Shown here: positions 1-6,521 of the stretch, one piece after another
How the letters are laid out: each line of letters opens with the position of its first letter
Position numbering within the stretch: position 1 is the stretch's first letter
Virus record (IMG/VR): IMGVR_UViG_3300014059_000004
Strand: one strand, 5' to 3'
Length of the DNA stretch: 21,429 bases
Source: a virus
Program-made: the position numbers and the translations under genes
Notes under the pieces: generated by a model
What the model saw: the letters and a program-made list of their open reading frames with translations, nothing else
Told to the model about the DNA's origin: nothing
The model's database searches: none

Positions 1-2
1 CT

Positions 3-170
3 GACATCATCAATGTCTGCCGGAGTGAACTGTTCGAGATGATTCGCGAGGATCTCGACGCAGTGAAGTGGGACGAGCTCGACTTGGATGCCGTTGTTGC
101 ACACCCGATCGTCCACAAGATGATGGTGGAGCACCTCCGCGGGATCATCACTGACTTCACCGGGAAGTGA
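3..170 (+). CDS. 3' fragment of upstream gene (5' truncated by window)
   Basis: Open frame from the window edge; product ...DIINVCRSELFEMIREDLDAVKWDELDLDAVVAHPIVHKMMVEHLRGIITDFTGK. The TGA stop at 168-170 lies inside the first GTGAA box. Confidence 0.45.
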   Translation, partial: DIINVCRSELFEMIREDLDAVKWDELDLDAVVAHPIVHKMMVEHLRGIITDFTGK

Positions 171-202
171 ATAGTCGCTCCTGAAAGAGGTATACTAAGA
201 TC

Positions 203-370
203 ATGGACAAGCCCACCAAGAAGAGCAAGCGTGAGTTCATCCTCTGTCCCATCTGCGGTGCACGGTCGAAGAAGCTCTCATCGGAGTTCGGTGGTCTGGA
301 GACGCGGATGTGCACTGGCGGGTGCATCTTCAAGATCGACACGTGGATGAAGAAGCGAATTCGTCTGTGA
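203..370 (+). CDS. 55-aa zinc-ribbon-like small protein (CPICG...CTGGC)
   Basis: ATGG at 203 sits 6 nt after TATACT of the conserved unit; product MDKPTKKSKREFILCPICGARSKK...CTGGCIFKIDTWMKKRIRL. Below the ORF-track length cutoff. Stop TGA inside the next GTGAAT box. Confidence 0.6.
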   Translation: MDKPTKKSKREFILCPICGARSKKLSSEFGGLETRMCTGGCIFKIDTWMKKRIRL

Positions 371-402
371 ATCTTCACTCTTGAAAGAGGTATACTAGAA
401 TC

Positions 403-657
403 ATGGCGACCAAGAAGACCAAGAAGCCCGCACCCCAGCCCACCGACCTCGAGGCGGCGCTGAACATGCAGCTCGCAGAGGTCACAGAGGATGAACTTAC
501 CGCGGACGACGTGGAGACTGCGAGCAATGCAGAGAACTTTCTCTGTGAATTGATGCGAGCGTTCTACGGTCGTCCGGACATCTACAAGGTCCTGGAAACT
601 GCTGCGAACCTGTGCGCAGACATCCAGGCGCGAGGCGAAGAGCTCGATCTGGTGTAA
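403..657 (+). CDS. 84-aa acidic hypothetical protein
   Basis: Conserved promoter unit 367-405 followed by ATGG; ORF-track ORF; good GC3. Confidence 0.7.
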   Translation: MATKKTKKPAPQPTDLEAALNMQLAEVTEDELTADDVETASNAENFLCELMRAFYGRPDIYKVLETAANLCADIQARGEELDLV

Positions 658-727
658 TTCAGTCGCTCCTTAGCTTATACTGTAATCCACCAACGGACTT
701 CGACAGTCCACTGCAAAGAGAGAACGC

Positions 728-1000
728 ATGAACGTTTCGTTTTACCAGAAGTACCAGGATGTCATGGATCCCAGCCGGTACGTGGTTCCCATGCAGAAGG
801 GTTTGCAGAAGGGTTACCTCGACTGCCGGGTGTACTTCGATCGCTGCTTCGTCGGACGTGCCGAGATCTCGGAGTCGCTCCTGACCAACGAGGACGTGGG
901 CTTCAAGCTTCAGTTAACTGAAGAGCACGGGGTCGCAATAGCGGCAATTGCCTCGGTGGAAAGCCGAAGACGCAGGTTCGAATCCTGCCCCCGTGCCTAA
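728..1000 (+). CDS. 90-aa hypothetical ORF whose last ~25 codons overlap a tRNA-like element
   Basis: ATG preceded by AAGAGAG (SD-like) on a ~40-nt leader from TATACT at 676-681. The C-terminus ...SVESRRRRFESCPRA is the tRNA T-arm read as protein, so coding status is doubtful. Confidence 0.3.
   Translation: MNVSFYQKYQDVMDPSRYVVPMQKGLQKGYLDCRVYFDRCFVGRAEISESLLTNEDVGFKLQLTEEHGVAIAAIASVESRRRRFESCPRA
908..923. repeat. 16-bp perfect palindrome CTTCAGTTAACTGAAG immediately 5' of the tRNA-like gene
   Basis: Direct reading: CTTCAGTT and AACTGAAG are reverse complements. Confidence 0.8.
926..996 (+). tRNA. tRNA-like gene with non-canonical anticodon arm (candidate anticodon GAA)
   Basis: Acceptor 5' CACGGGG (926-932) pairs 7/7 with CCCCGTG (989-995). 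D-stem GCAA/TTGC with GG in the loop. T-arm GCAGG-TTCGAAT-CCTGC (972-988). No encoded CCA. The anticodon arm is imperfect: one C-A mismatch, G at position 33, a 3-nt variable loop, and 71 nt total. Confidence 0.45.
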
Positions 1001-1010
1001 GGATTCACGC

Positions 1011-1286
1011 ATGTCACGGTCAAAAGACGAACACAAGCTCGTCATCTACATCGCCACACCTCTTCGATGGCTCTTCTTCGGGCTCTACGATCCGCTCTTG
1101 TGGTGGGCCATGAAGCGGGTGACGAACACCATCAAGGTTCTTGTTCCTGACGTGGACATCACACGGTACCGTGAAGCAGGCGCTCTTGTCCTCGTGATAG
1201 ACGGCGAAAGAGTGGGTCAAGTCGCCGAGGCAGTCGGACATGTCCACGTTTGGATCGTCTCTTCGATCCAGAAGATCTGGTTGTAA
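1011..1286 (+). CDS. 91-aa hypothetical protein
   Basis: ATG with AAGGA 8 nt upstream, directly after the tRNA-like gene. GC3 about 65%. Competes with antisense ORF 1020-1364. Confidence 0.45.
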   Translation: MSRSKDEHKLVIYIATPLRWLFFGLYDPLLWWAMKRVTNTIKVLVPDVDITRYREAGALVLVIDGERVGQVAEAVGHVHVWIVSSIQKIWL

Positions 1287-1287
1287 C

Positions 1288-1536
1288 ATGGAACTCCGCT
1301 GGTTTTCTTTGCTTGCACTTTCGCTCGTCGTTTCGATCCTGTTTGTCATCGGCCTGTGGCTCAAAGAGCCGAAGCCCCCGCGAACCGTGAGGAAGATCGA
1401 ACGGACTTACGGACCTGACGGCGAGCCTGGTCCTCTACCACCCAAAGACCAGAAGTGGTTACATGAATCCCGGCGTTCTTTTTATCCTCTTCTTTGCAAT
1501 CCTCGGATTCGTCGGATTTGCGGGCGCTCTCGTTGA
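1288..1536 (+). CDS. 82-aa small protein with N-terminal transmembrane helix
   Basis: MELRWFSLLALSLVVSILFVIGLWLKEP...; internal ATG of track ORF 1240-1536, chosen because the hydrophobic segment starts there. Confidence 0.4.
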   Translation: MELRWFSLLALSLVVSILFVIGLWLKEPKPPRTVRKIERTYGPDGEPGPLPPKDQKWLHESRRSFYPLLCNPRIRRICGRSR

Positions 1537-1822
1537 ACGACGACACTCCAGGTACAAAGCTCAGCTCATCATCGAGCAGGAAGATCCAGGTTACCGTGCA
1601 TCTGGGAAGACGTACGTGGCCCGCATCGTGCCTGATAAGGCGCTGAATGAGGAGTACAAGTACTTCATAGATGATATATCCCAGATCCCAGATGCCTTTC
1701 ACAGGAGGATCGCAGCCAAAGAGCTAGACAAAGTCATCACTTTCTGGTGCAACTGTCGGTACGGTGCCAACAGGTGGACCGTGGAGGAAGACATTTATTC
1801 TCCGGCTCACGTTGACGAGTGA
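1463..1822 (+). CDS. 119-aa small protein with N-terminal transmembrane helix
   Basis: MNPGVLFILFFAILGFVGFAGALVERRH...; overlaps the previous ORF by 74 nt, so one of the two ends may be wrong. Confidence 0.45.
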   Translation: MNPGVLFILFFAILGFVGFAGALVERRHSRYKAQLIIEQEDPGYRASGKTYVARIVPDKALNEEYKYFIDDISQIPDAFHRRIAAKELDKVITFWCNCRYGANRWTVEEDIYSPAHVDE

Positions 1823-1854
1823 AAGGTCTATGGCGATTGAGTTAGTATTAGACC

Positions 1855-2223
1855 ATGGCAACACGCTCCCTCATCGGATACGAGAAGTCTGACGGTACCA
1901 TCGTCGTTTCGTACTGTCACTTCGACGGGTACCTGACCGGCGTCGGTGCAGATCTCCTGGCGTTGAAGCCCTCGGCTGTGAAAAAGATCATCGATGCCGG
2001 CGACATGAGCACGCTGAAGAGCGGACCATACACCCCAGTTGTCAAACCGAAGGTGTTCACTTCCCGCGAGGCTGCTCATACCTTCTTCAAGAATTCGTGG
2101 TGTGAATACTTCTACCTCCTGAGCCGCACGGGTCGGACGTGGTTTTACAACTGCGATTCGTCTGGCGTTTTTCACCCGCTCCGCGCCGCGGTGAACCAGG
2201 CGATCGAAAACGAAATGCGGTGA
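1855..2223 (+). CDS. 122-aa hypothetical protein
   Basis: Variant promoter unit GTGAAAGG...GAGTTAGTATTAGACC-ATGG; track ORF; stop TGA begins the next TGAACG box. Confidence 0.65.
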   Translation: MATRSLIGYEKSDGTIVVSYCHFDGYLTGVGADLLALKPSAVKKIIDAGDMSTLKSGPYTPVVKPKVFTSREAAHTFFKNSWCEYFYLLSRTGRTWFYNCDSSGVFHPLRAAVNQAIENEMR

Positions 2224-2255
2224 ACGCTCACGGCTGAACGAGGTATACTAGACTC

Positions 2256-2543
2256 ATGGACACCACGGGACTGCACCTCCTCAACCAGCTCTACATCATC
2301 GGAAGCGACAGTGCACTGAAGGCTGCGATGCAGCACCCGGACTGGGACGCTGGTTTCGATGCAGCGCTTCGGTTCAATGAACTTCCGTTTCGTCGGAAGG
2401 ACGTGTCTGACCTGGTCCTCCTGGCGTACCTCATCTCCGACCTCAGCTGTGAATTTTCCGTCGATGAGGATGGTCGACTGGTGTGTGAGTCACAGTACGA
2501 ATCGTGCGTTTGGTCTGACGGCATGTGGGTTACCGTCGACTGA
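2256..2543 (+). CDS. 95-aa hypothetical protein
   Basis: Unit TGAACGctcacggcTGAACGAGGTATACTagactcATGG; followed by palindromic element A. Confidence 0.7.
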   Translation: MDTTGLHLLNQLYIIGSDSALKAAMQHPDWDAGFDAALRFNELPFRRKDVSDLVLLAYLISDLSCEFSVDEDGRLVCESQYESCVWSDGMWVTVD

Positions 2544-2640
2544 TCACGTGAGGCCCACCGTTTAATCATCCGGATCAGTTAATGGTTACATACCTTCCGG
2601 CACCGTGATTAAACGGTGGGTCAACGGTGGGCTTCTCAGC
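2544..2640. repeat. Palindromic repeat element A (15-bp perfect inverted repeat CCCACCGTTTAATCA / TGATTAAACGGTGGG, 37-nt spacer)
   Basis: Inverted repeat arms at 2554-2568 and 2606-2620. Contains an ATCCGGAT palindrome and the boxes CACGTGAGGC and GGGTCAACGGTGGGCT that are shared with elements B and C. Confidence 0.75.
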
Positions 2641-2690
2641 AATTCATCTTCATTGTGAACTGCCGCAGCGATTCATGGTATACTAGAACC

Positions 2691-2951
2691 ATGGCAACCA
2701 AGCTGACTCTCACAGAAGTCAAGGTGCAGTTTCCCGGTGCTTGGGAATCGGAAATCGCAGGCCTGGATCCTGAGGATATCATGGATCTCCTGGGTGATAT
2801 GGCAGCCGGGGAATCGGAATACTGGGTTCACAACGGTACACTCTACGGACGCTCATGGTGGACTGCGCTTGGGTGGCACTACGGTGAATGGGACGGGACT
2901 TCTTGGTTCTGCCCGAATGCAGGGGAGGAAGTGTGTCCCTGGGGTGAGTGA
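2691..2951 (+). CDS. 86-aa hypothetical protein (MATKLTLTEV...)
   Basis: ATGG 6 nt after TATACT (tcATGGTATACTagaaccATGG). The track ORF 2616-2951 has an N-terminal extension that runs through repeat element A, which I rejected. Confidence 0.65.
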   Translation: MATKLTLTEVKVQFPGAWESEIAGLDPEDIMDLLGDMAAGESEYWVHNGTLYGRSWWTALGWHYGEWDGTSWFCPNAGEEVCPWGE

Positions 2952-2991
2952 CGCGGTGTAAATCATCGGCGATCTAGGTTATACTAGGCTC

Positions 2992-3327
2992 ATGGACACT
3001 AAGGCGAAGAAGGTTCGCAACTTCGTGGCGATCGCCATGGAGAAGCGTTGGGGCAAGAAGAGCAACGTTCACCGTCACCGTGCAGATCGTCGACCGAAGG
3101 ACGCTCGTCGTCACTGGTCCCGCGAGGAAGGATTACAGAGATGTGCCAATGTTTCACAATCGGCGGACCGTTCATCGGTGCTGACCCTGATTGCGCAGTT
3201 CACGGGGACGATGCGCAGGAACGCGATCGAGCGTTGGATTCACGGTTCGATGAGCTTCACGAGGAGATTGCACTTCTCCGGATGGAGATTGGGACTCTCC
3301 GCGATCTTCTCCAGGCACGAACTGTGA
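2992..3327 (+). CDS. 111-aa basic hypothetical protein (3' half overlaps an alternative frame)
   Basis: Unit ...ctaGGTTATACTaggctcATGG; N-terminus MDTKAKKVRNFVAIAMEKRWGKK is plausible; stop TGA inside a GTGAAT box. Confidence 0.4.
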   Translation: MDTKAKKVRNFVAIAMEKRWGKKSNVHRHRADRRPKDARRHWSREEGLQRCANVSQSADRSSVLTLIAQFTGTMRRNAIERWIHGSMSFTRRLHFSGWRLGLSAIFSRHEL

Positions 3328-3341
3328 ATCCTAACTCCTGA
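3141..3341 (+). CDS. 66-aa acidic coiled-coil protein in alternative frame
   Basis: ATG with GGAAGGA 8 nt upstream; product MCQCFTIGG...DELHEEIALLRMEIGTLRDLLQAR is very protein-like; stop TGA inside the next cTGAAAGAGG box. Confidence 0.4.
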   Translation: MCQCFTIGGPFIGADPDCAVHGDDAQERDRALDSRFDELHEEIALLRMEIGTLRDLLQARTVNPNS

Positions 3342-3359
3342 AAGAGGTATACTGAGATC

Positions 3360-3686
3360 ATGGCAATCGTCGACGCAGTGGTCATCAACGCAGCGAAGTT
3401 CCTGTGGAGTGGGAAGGTGGGCACGGCAGAGCTCTCGGATCTCCACGAGCAGGCTGTTGCAGAGCGTTGGGTCGATGTTCCGCGAGTCATGACGCTTGTG
3501 AACTTGTCGCGAGGAACGAAGCGAGTCTTCGCCGATCGCCGTGTCGTGAAAGACGATGGGGGTGATCCCGCTGGATGGTCCTGGACTTGCACTTCAGATC
3601 CCAACATGCAGGTCATCATCTACAACGATTTACGGTGCAACGTCACCCCTGAAAGAGGTACAGTAAGATCATGTCCAGTCCCCTGA
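3360..3686 (+). CDS. 108-aa hypothetical protein
   Basis: Unit cctGAAAGAGGTATACTgagatcATGG; the 3' end overlaps the next unit and start by 16 nt. Confidence 0.6.
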   Translation: MAIVDAVVINAAKFLWSGKVGTAELSDLHEQAVAERWVDVPRVMTLVNLSRGTKRVFADRRVVKDDGGDPAGWSWTCTSDPNMQVIIYNDLRCNVTPERGTVRSCPVP

Positions 3687-3898
3687 TGCTGCAGACCGAC
3701 TTCGAGATTCTCATCGACAACATCACAGATCTCGTGGAGGACGAGAGCAGGCTGCGCGCCATCTTTGCTGGTGAAATCATGCATGCACTCCACGATGGTC
3801 GCAAAGCGGTGCTGCTTCTCAGGAAGATTGCACCCTTCGTCAACGAGAGCACCGGTGGTGAGGTTGCTCGTTTTTTGAGCGATCTGGAACAGAAGTGA
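3671..3898 (+). CDS. 75-aa hypothetical protein
   Basis: Unit cctGAAAGAGGTACAGTaagatcATG; stop TGA inside a GTGAAC box. Confidence 0.65.
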   Translation: MSSPLMLQTDFEILIDNITDLVEDESRLRAIFAGEIMHALHDGRKAVLLLRKIAPFVNESTGGEVARFLSDLEQK

Positions 3899-3930
3899 AC
3901 AGTCAGACCTTAAAGAGGTACAGTAAGATC

Positions 3931-4224
3931 ATGGCACGGATCAACTGGTCGGAACCTAACGATATCGGCCGCAGCAATGCAATCTTCACCACGGAAGCAG
4001 CAGCTGGTTGGGAGGTGTATACCTACGATGCCTGGCCCGATCGGATCGAAGTCAACGCTCCTCAGTCGAGTCGTGTGAACATCGAGATCGAAGTCTCACG
4101 AGAGGAAGTTCGCGTATACGGTGAACATGCCTCGCGAGGTTACGGCGAAGCTTCTCCTTGTCAAGTGTACATCCCGTTCGAAGTGATGCGTTGCATCGTG
4201 GAATGGCAGGCTGCGCACCAGTGA
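3931..4224 (+). CDS. 97-aa hypothetical protein (MARINWSEP...)
   Basis: Unit GTGAACagtcagaccTTAAAGAGGTACAGTaagatcATGG at 3895-3933. I rejected the track's N-terminal extension 3895-. Confidence 0.65.
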   Translation: MARINWSEPNDIGRSNAIFTTEAAAGWEVYTYDAWPDRIEVNAPQSSRVNIEIEVSREEVRVYGEHASRGYGEASPCQVYIPFEVMRCIVEWQAAHQ

Positions 4225-4256
4225 ACAGTCAACCTTGAAAGAGGTATATTAAGACC

Positions 4257-4445
4257 ATGGCTGCTCCCTACAAGCGCGGAACGAAGCTGCAGTACGTCGG
4301 TGCACATCACAGTCATGGTCCCGTCACTTACGTGAAGTGGCATGGTTTTCTTCGAGGAGCACTCATCACCGTGCGCTTCCCGGACGGGGTGAAGAGAGTC
4401 GTTCACGTGGACGAAGTCTACCCGGTTGTGAATTTACCCTCGTGA
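4257..4445 (+). CDS. 62-aa hypothetical protein
   Basis: Unit GTGAACagtcaaccTTGAAAGAGGTATATTaagaccATGG at 4221-4259. Confidence 0.65.
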   Translation: MAAPYKRGTKLQYVGAHHSHGPVTYVKWHGFLRGALITVRFPDGVKRVVHVDEVYPVVNLPS

Positions 4446-4463
4446 AAGAGGTATACTGAGATC

Positions 4464-4697
4464 ATGGACAAGGCAACGTTGAACCGGTTGTACAGCGATT
4501 ACCATGCTCAGATCGTCCTCTTGGCACGTGACCTCAAGGAGGTGAAGCGCAGCTTGGACACGATCGTTCACATCCGTGAGCAGCTCATGCTCGAGGCCGT
4601 CCATTTCGAGGAGGAACTTTTGGAGGAAGGCAGCGACGAAGTGCAAAACCTCATCGATGTCATCCCGCTTCTCCAGATGGAAGTTGACGATCGCTGA
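4464..4697 (+). CDS. 77-aa acidic coiled-coil protein
   Basis: Unit GTGAATttaccctcgTGAAAGAGGTATACTgagatcATGG. Confidence 0.7.
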   Translation: MDKATLNRLYSDYHAQIVLLARDLKEVKRSLDTIVHIREQLMLEAVHFEEELLEEGSDEVQNLIDVIPLLQMEVDDR

Positions 4698-4733
4698 GTG
4701 AATCTTCACCCCTGATTGAGGTATACTAGAACC

Positions 4734-4940
4734 ATGGACACCAAGCAACTCGCTGCGAAGGCCGCCAACGCCATCTCCGACCTGGTCCTCGAGGATGAGT
4801 ACACTGTCGACATCGACCAGGTGGTGGGTGGTCTTGACGACGACGGAAAGTTCACAATGGAGAAGTTGTTGACCATCAACACCAAGCTTGTGTACGAAGT
4901 CACCGTGACCGCGAAGGTCGTGAACCTCGACGACGAGTGA
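4734..4940 (+). CDS. 68-aa acidic hypothetical protein (MDTKQLAAKAANA...)
   Basis: Unit GTGAATCTTCACccctgattGAGGTATACTagaaccATGG at 4698-4736; I rejected the track's N-terminal extension. Confidence 0.7.
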   Translation: MDTKQLAAKAANAISDLVLEDEYTVDIDQVVGGLDDDGKFTMEKLLTINTKLVYEVTVTAKVVNLDDE

Positions 4941-5379
4941 AAAGCTTCCCCTCCTTGTGGTATACTTAACTTATCTTAAAGCTTGCTGGAATGAGGGTGC
5001 GCACCAGGATAAAAACTCACTCCCAATGCCGAGCACTGTCGAAAAGGTTCCGGGTAGGAACGCCTGCAAGGGTGCACAGTGAATCGATTCGGTTCGACTC
5101 CGAAGCTTGGCTCGAAGAGATCGACGGTTGGTCACCGTCGGTTGAATCCCTGGGTGATCCAAAGCTGGCTGACCACTTGCATTAAATCACCCAGGAAAGT
5201 CTCATTCGTCTAGTTGGACCAGGACGCCGGCGTCAGTCGGAGACGGAGGATCATAGCCTCCATGAGACGCAACTGTGAAAGAGAAGCGCAGGTTCGAATC
5301 CTGCTCGCCGGGCGATTGCCAGGCGAAAGTGTCGAAGACGGTGCACGCTCTTGCTAACTCACCTCATGAGGAGCACAGA
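4941..5379 (+). ncRNA. Structured non-coding island behind an extended -10 promoter (TGG-TATACT, 4958-4966), carrying tRNA-like modules
   Basis: No credible ORF. Three T-loop-like motifs: GGTTCGACTCC (5091-5101), GGTTGAATCC (5140-5149) and GGTTCGAATCC (5291-5301). A 10-bp stem CCTGGGTGAT/ATCACCCAGG (5149-5158 and 5185-5194). An anticodon-like hairpin GGAGG-ATCATAG-CCTCC (5245-5261, CAT in the loop). A candidate class-II-length tRNA at 5028-5112, where acceptor GCCGAGC pairs 7/7 with GCTTGGC including one G-U pair. The 3' module 5288-5312 (T-arm plus acceptor strand) is 18/18 identical to the T-arm of tRNA-like gene 926-996. Confidence 0.35.
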
Positions 5380-5601
5380 ATGGAATTTCCGAAAGTTACT
5401 CTACCGATTGATCCCGAGCTGGTGCAGACTACCATCAACATTCTGCACGACTTCATCGCCGAAAAAACTCGCGAGGCGTGGGTGGCTCAAGAACTCTTGA
5501 AGTTCATCAGGAGCACATGTCCCCACAAGAACGTTAAGCGCGACGGCGACATGTGCTCCGAATGCGGGTATACCCAGTACAACAACGATCCGAACTATTA
5601 G
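5380..5601 (+). CDS. 73-aa protein with C-terminal CxxxK...CxxC metal-binding motif
   Basis: ATG with GAGGAG 7 nt upstream (classical SD). The track ORF 5275-5601 has an N-terminal extension through the tRNA-like T-arm (RRFESC), which I rejected. Confidence 0.5.
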   Translation: MEFPKVTLPIDPELVQTTINILHDFIAEKTREAWVAQELLKFIRSTCPHKNVKRDGDMCSECGYTQYNNDPNY

Positions 5602-5603
5602 AC

Positions 5604-5864
5604 ATGACTGACGAGCAATGCACTTTCTGCGGGCAGCGGAAGAGTGGAACGCTTAAGCCAGTGATTCTCACCAATCCGGGCGAGGGATGCACGTACGGCT
5701 TGAGGCACGAGTGGGTGCAGATCTCTGTGAAAAGAACTGCAAGGCCAAAGTACACCGTCCCGCCGAAGTGGCGTCCCTCGTGGCGAGAGGCATGGTCAGA
5801 ACTGTTCATGTGTCGCTTTGATCATCGATGTCGTCGGCTGATATCTGTGAACTGCTCGAGCTGA
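5604..5864 (+). CDS. 86-aa Cys-rich hypothetical protein (MTDEQCTFCGQ...)
   Basis: ATG 3 nt after the previous stop; stop TGA inside the next cTGAACGAGG box. Confidence 0.45.
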   Translation: MTDEQCTFCGQRKSGTLKPVILTNPGEGCTYGLRHEWVQISVKRTARPKYTVPPKWRPSWREAWSELFMCRFDHRCRRLISVNCSS

Positions 5865-5882
5865 ACGAGGTATACTAGAACC

Positions 5883-6152
5883 ATGAAGATCATCATCGCT
5901 GGCGTCCCCAACGAAGGCAAGACGACCATTGCCCAGTTCATCACCCACGCTCTTCGCGATGCCGGGTTCGCTGTGAATCACACAGATTGTGATAGCGGTC
6001 TCGTGGCGGACGAAGCCTCAGGCCTCCAGCGCAGCCGCCTCGAGGCAGTGGGCAAGAGGCTCGGACCCATCACCGTGGCGACCACTTCCATTGGCCGCTC
6101 GGGCTGCACGGTGATCATCCCACCGCCCGAAGGTGGTTTACCATTGGTCTGA
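5883..6152 (+). CDS. 89-aa P-loop (Walker A GVPNEGKTT) protein, probably truncated
   Basis: Unit cTGAACGAGGTATACTagaaccATG. The Walker A motif is at residues 7-14 with no recognisable Walker B. The last ~8 codons and the stop are encoded by the repeat box GGTGGTTTACCA..TCTGA, shared with the 3' end of ORF 10643-10981. Confidence 0.6.
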   Translation: MKIIIAGVPNEGKTTIAQFITHALRDAGFAVNHTDCDSGLVADEASGLQRSRLEAVGKRLGPITVATTSIGRSGCTVIIPPPEGGLPLV

Positions 6153-6200
6153 CATGATGATTAAACCGTGAGGCTTCTGTGGGCTGCAGTTTAATCATCG
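6153..6200. repeat. Palindromic repeat element B (11-bp perfect inverted repeat GATGATTAAAC / GTTTAATCATC, 22-nt spacer)
   Basis: Arms at 6156-6166 and 6189-6199. The spacer carries CCGTGAGGCTTCTGTGGGCTG, related to elements A and C. Confidence 0.75.
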
Positions 6201-6241
6201 CTGAAGTGAACGTTGGTCTCGGTGCGAGGTATACTAGAACC

Positions 6242-6487
6242 ATGAAGACTCTCACTGCTCGGTCCATGTGTCGGTGGATTGGAAACCGTGTTCGTCTGAA
6301 GCCGAACGTGAAGGAAGGATGGAAGGAAGAGTTTGGTACGTACGAGGGTGCTTCTGGTAACGGGTGCTGCATTGTCACAGTCGACGAGAAATACCGTGAC
6401 GGAAAGCTGGACGACGGCGTTCGTGAAGTGACGTACGACCAGATCGAGAAAATCTACGTTCCTGGGCAGCGTGCGCCCAAGGTGTGA
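6242..6487 (+). CDS. 81-aa hypothetical protein (MKTLTARSMCRW...)
   Basis: Unit GTGAACgttggtctcggtgcGAGGTATACTagaaccATG. I rejected the track's N-terminal extension through element B. Confidence 0.65.
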   Translation: MKTLTARSMCRWIGNRVRLKPNVKEGWKEEFGTYEGASGNGCCIVTVDEKYRDGKLDDGVREVTYDQIEKIYVPGQRAPKV

Positions 6488-6521
6488 ATCATTCACGTAG
6501 GTGAGGTATACTAGGATCATG
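6484..6521 (+). promoter_or_regulatory. Representative promoter unit: palindromic -35-like box GTGAATCATTCAC, then GAGGTATACT, aggatc, ATGG
   Basis: 13-bp perfect palindrome GTGAAT-C-ATTCAC at 6484-6496 overlapping stop TGA 6485-6487. TATACT at 6507-6512, 6 nt before ATG 6519. Confidence 0.6.

Noticed and set aside
181-205. Interpreting GAAAGAGG purely as the Shine-Dalgarno sequence of conventional leadered genes
   Set aside because: The SD-to-ATG distance would be 12-13 nt, longer than optimal. The invariant TATACT exactly at -12 to -7 and the GTGAA box at -35 spacing argue for a promoter with a leaderless start. SD use is kept only as a secondary, read-through role.
2616-2690. N-terminal extensions proposed by the ORF track (2616, 3895, 4716, 6179, 6501, 6811, 9127, 11511, 13255, 5275, 19808 and others)
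   Set aside because: In every case the extension starts upstream of, or inside, the conserved promoter unit (several start at GTG inside GAGGTATACT giving M-R-Y-T-R). The conserved ATGG 6 nt after TATACT is the consistent start.
4971-5185. ORFs 4991-5185 (+) and 4971-5162 (-) inside the structured non-coding island
   Set aside because: The translations are Arg-rich low complexity. The region is dense in stem-loops and T-loop motifs and has no start context, so I treated it as RNA or regulatory sequence.
961-5312. tRNA 3'-end copies as attP cores of an integrative element
   Set aside because: There is no integrase or excisionase gene in the window and the neighbourhood looks like a lytic early region. 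I kept it only as an alternative inside the structured-island finding.
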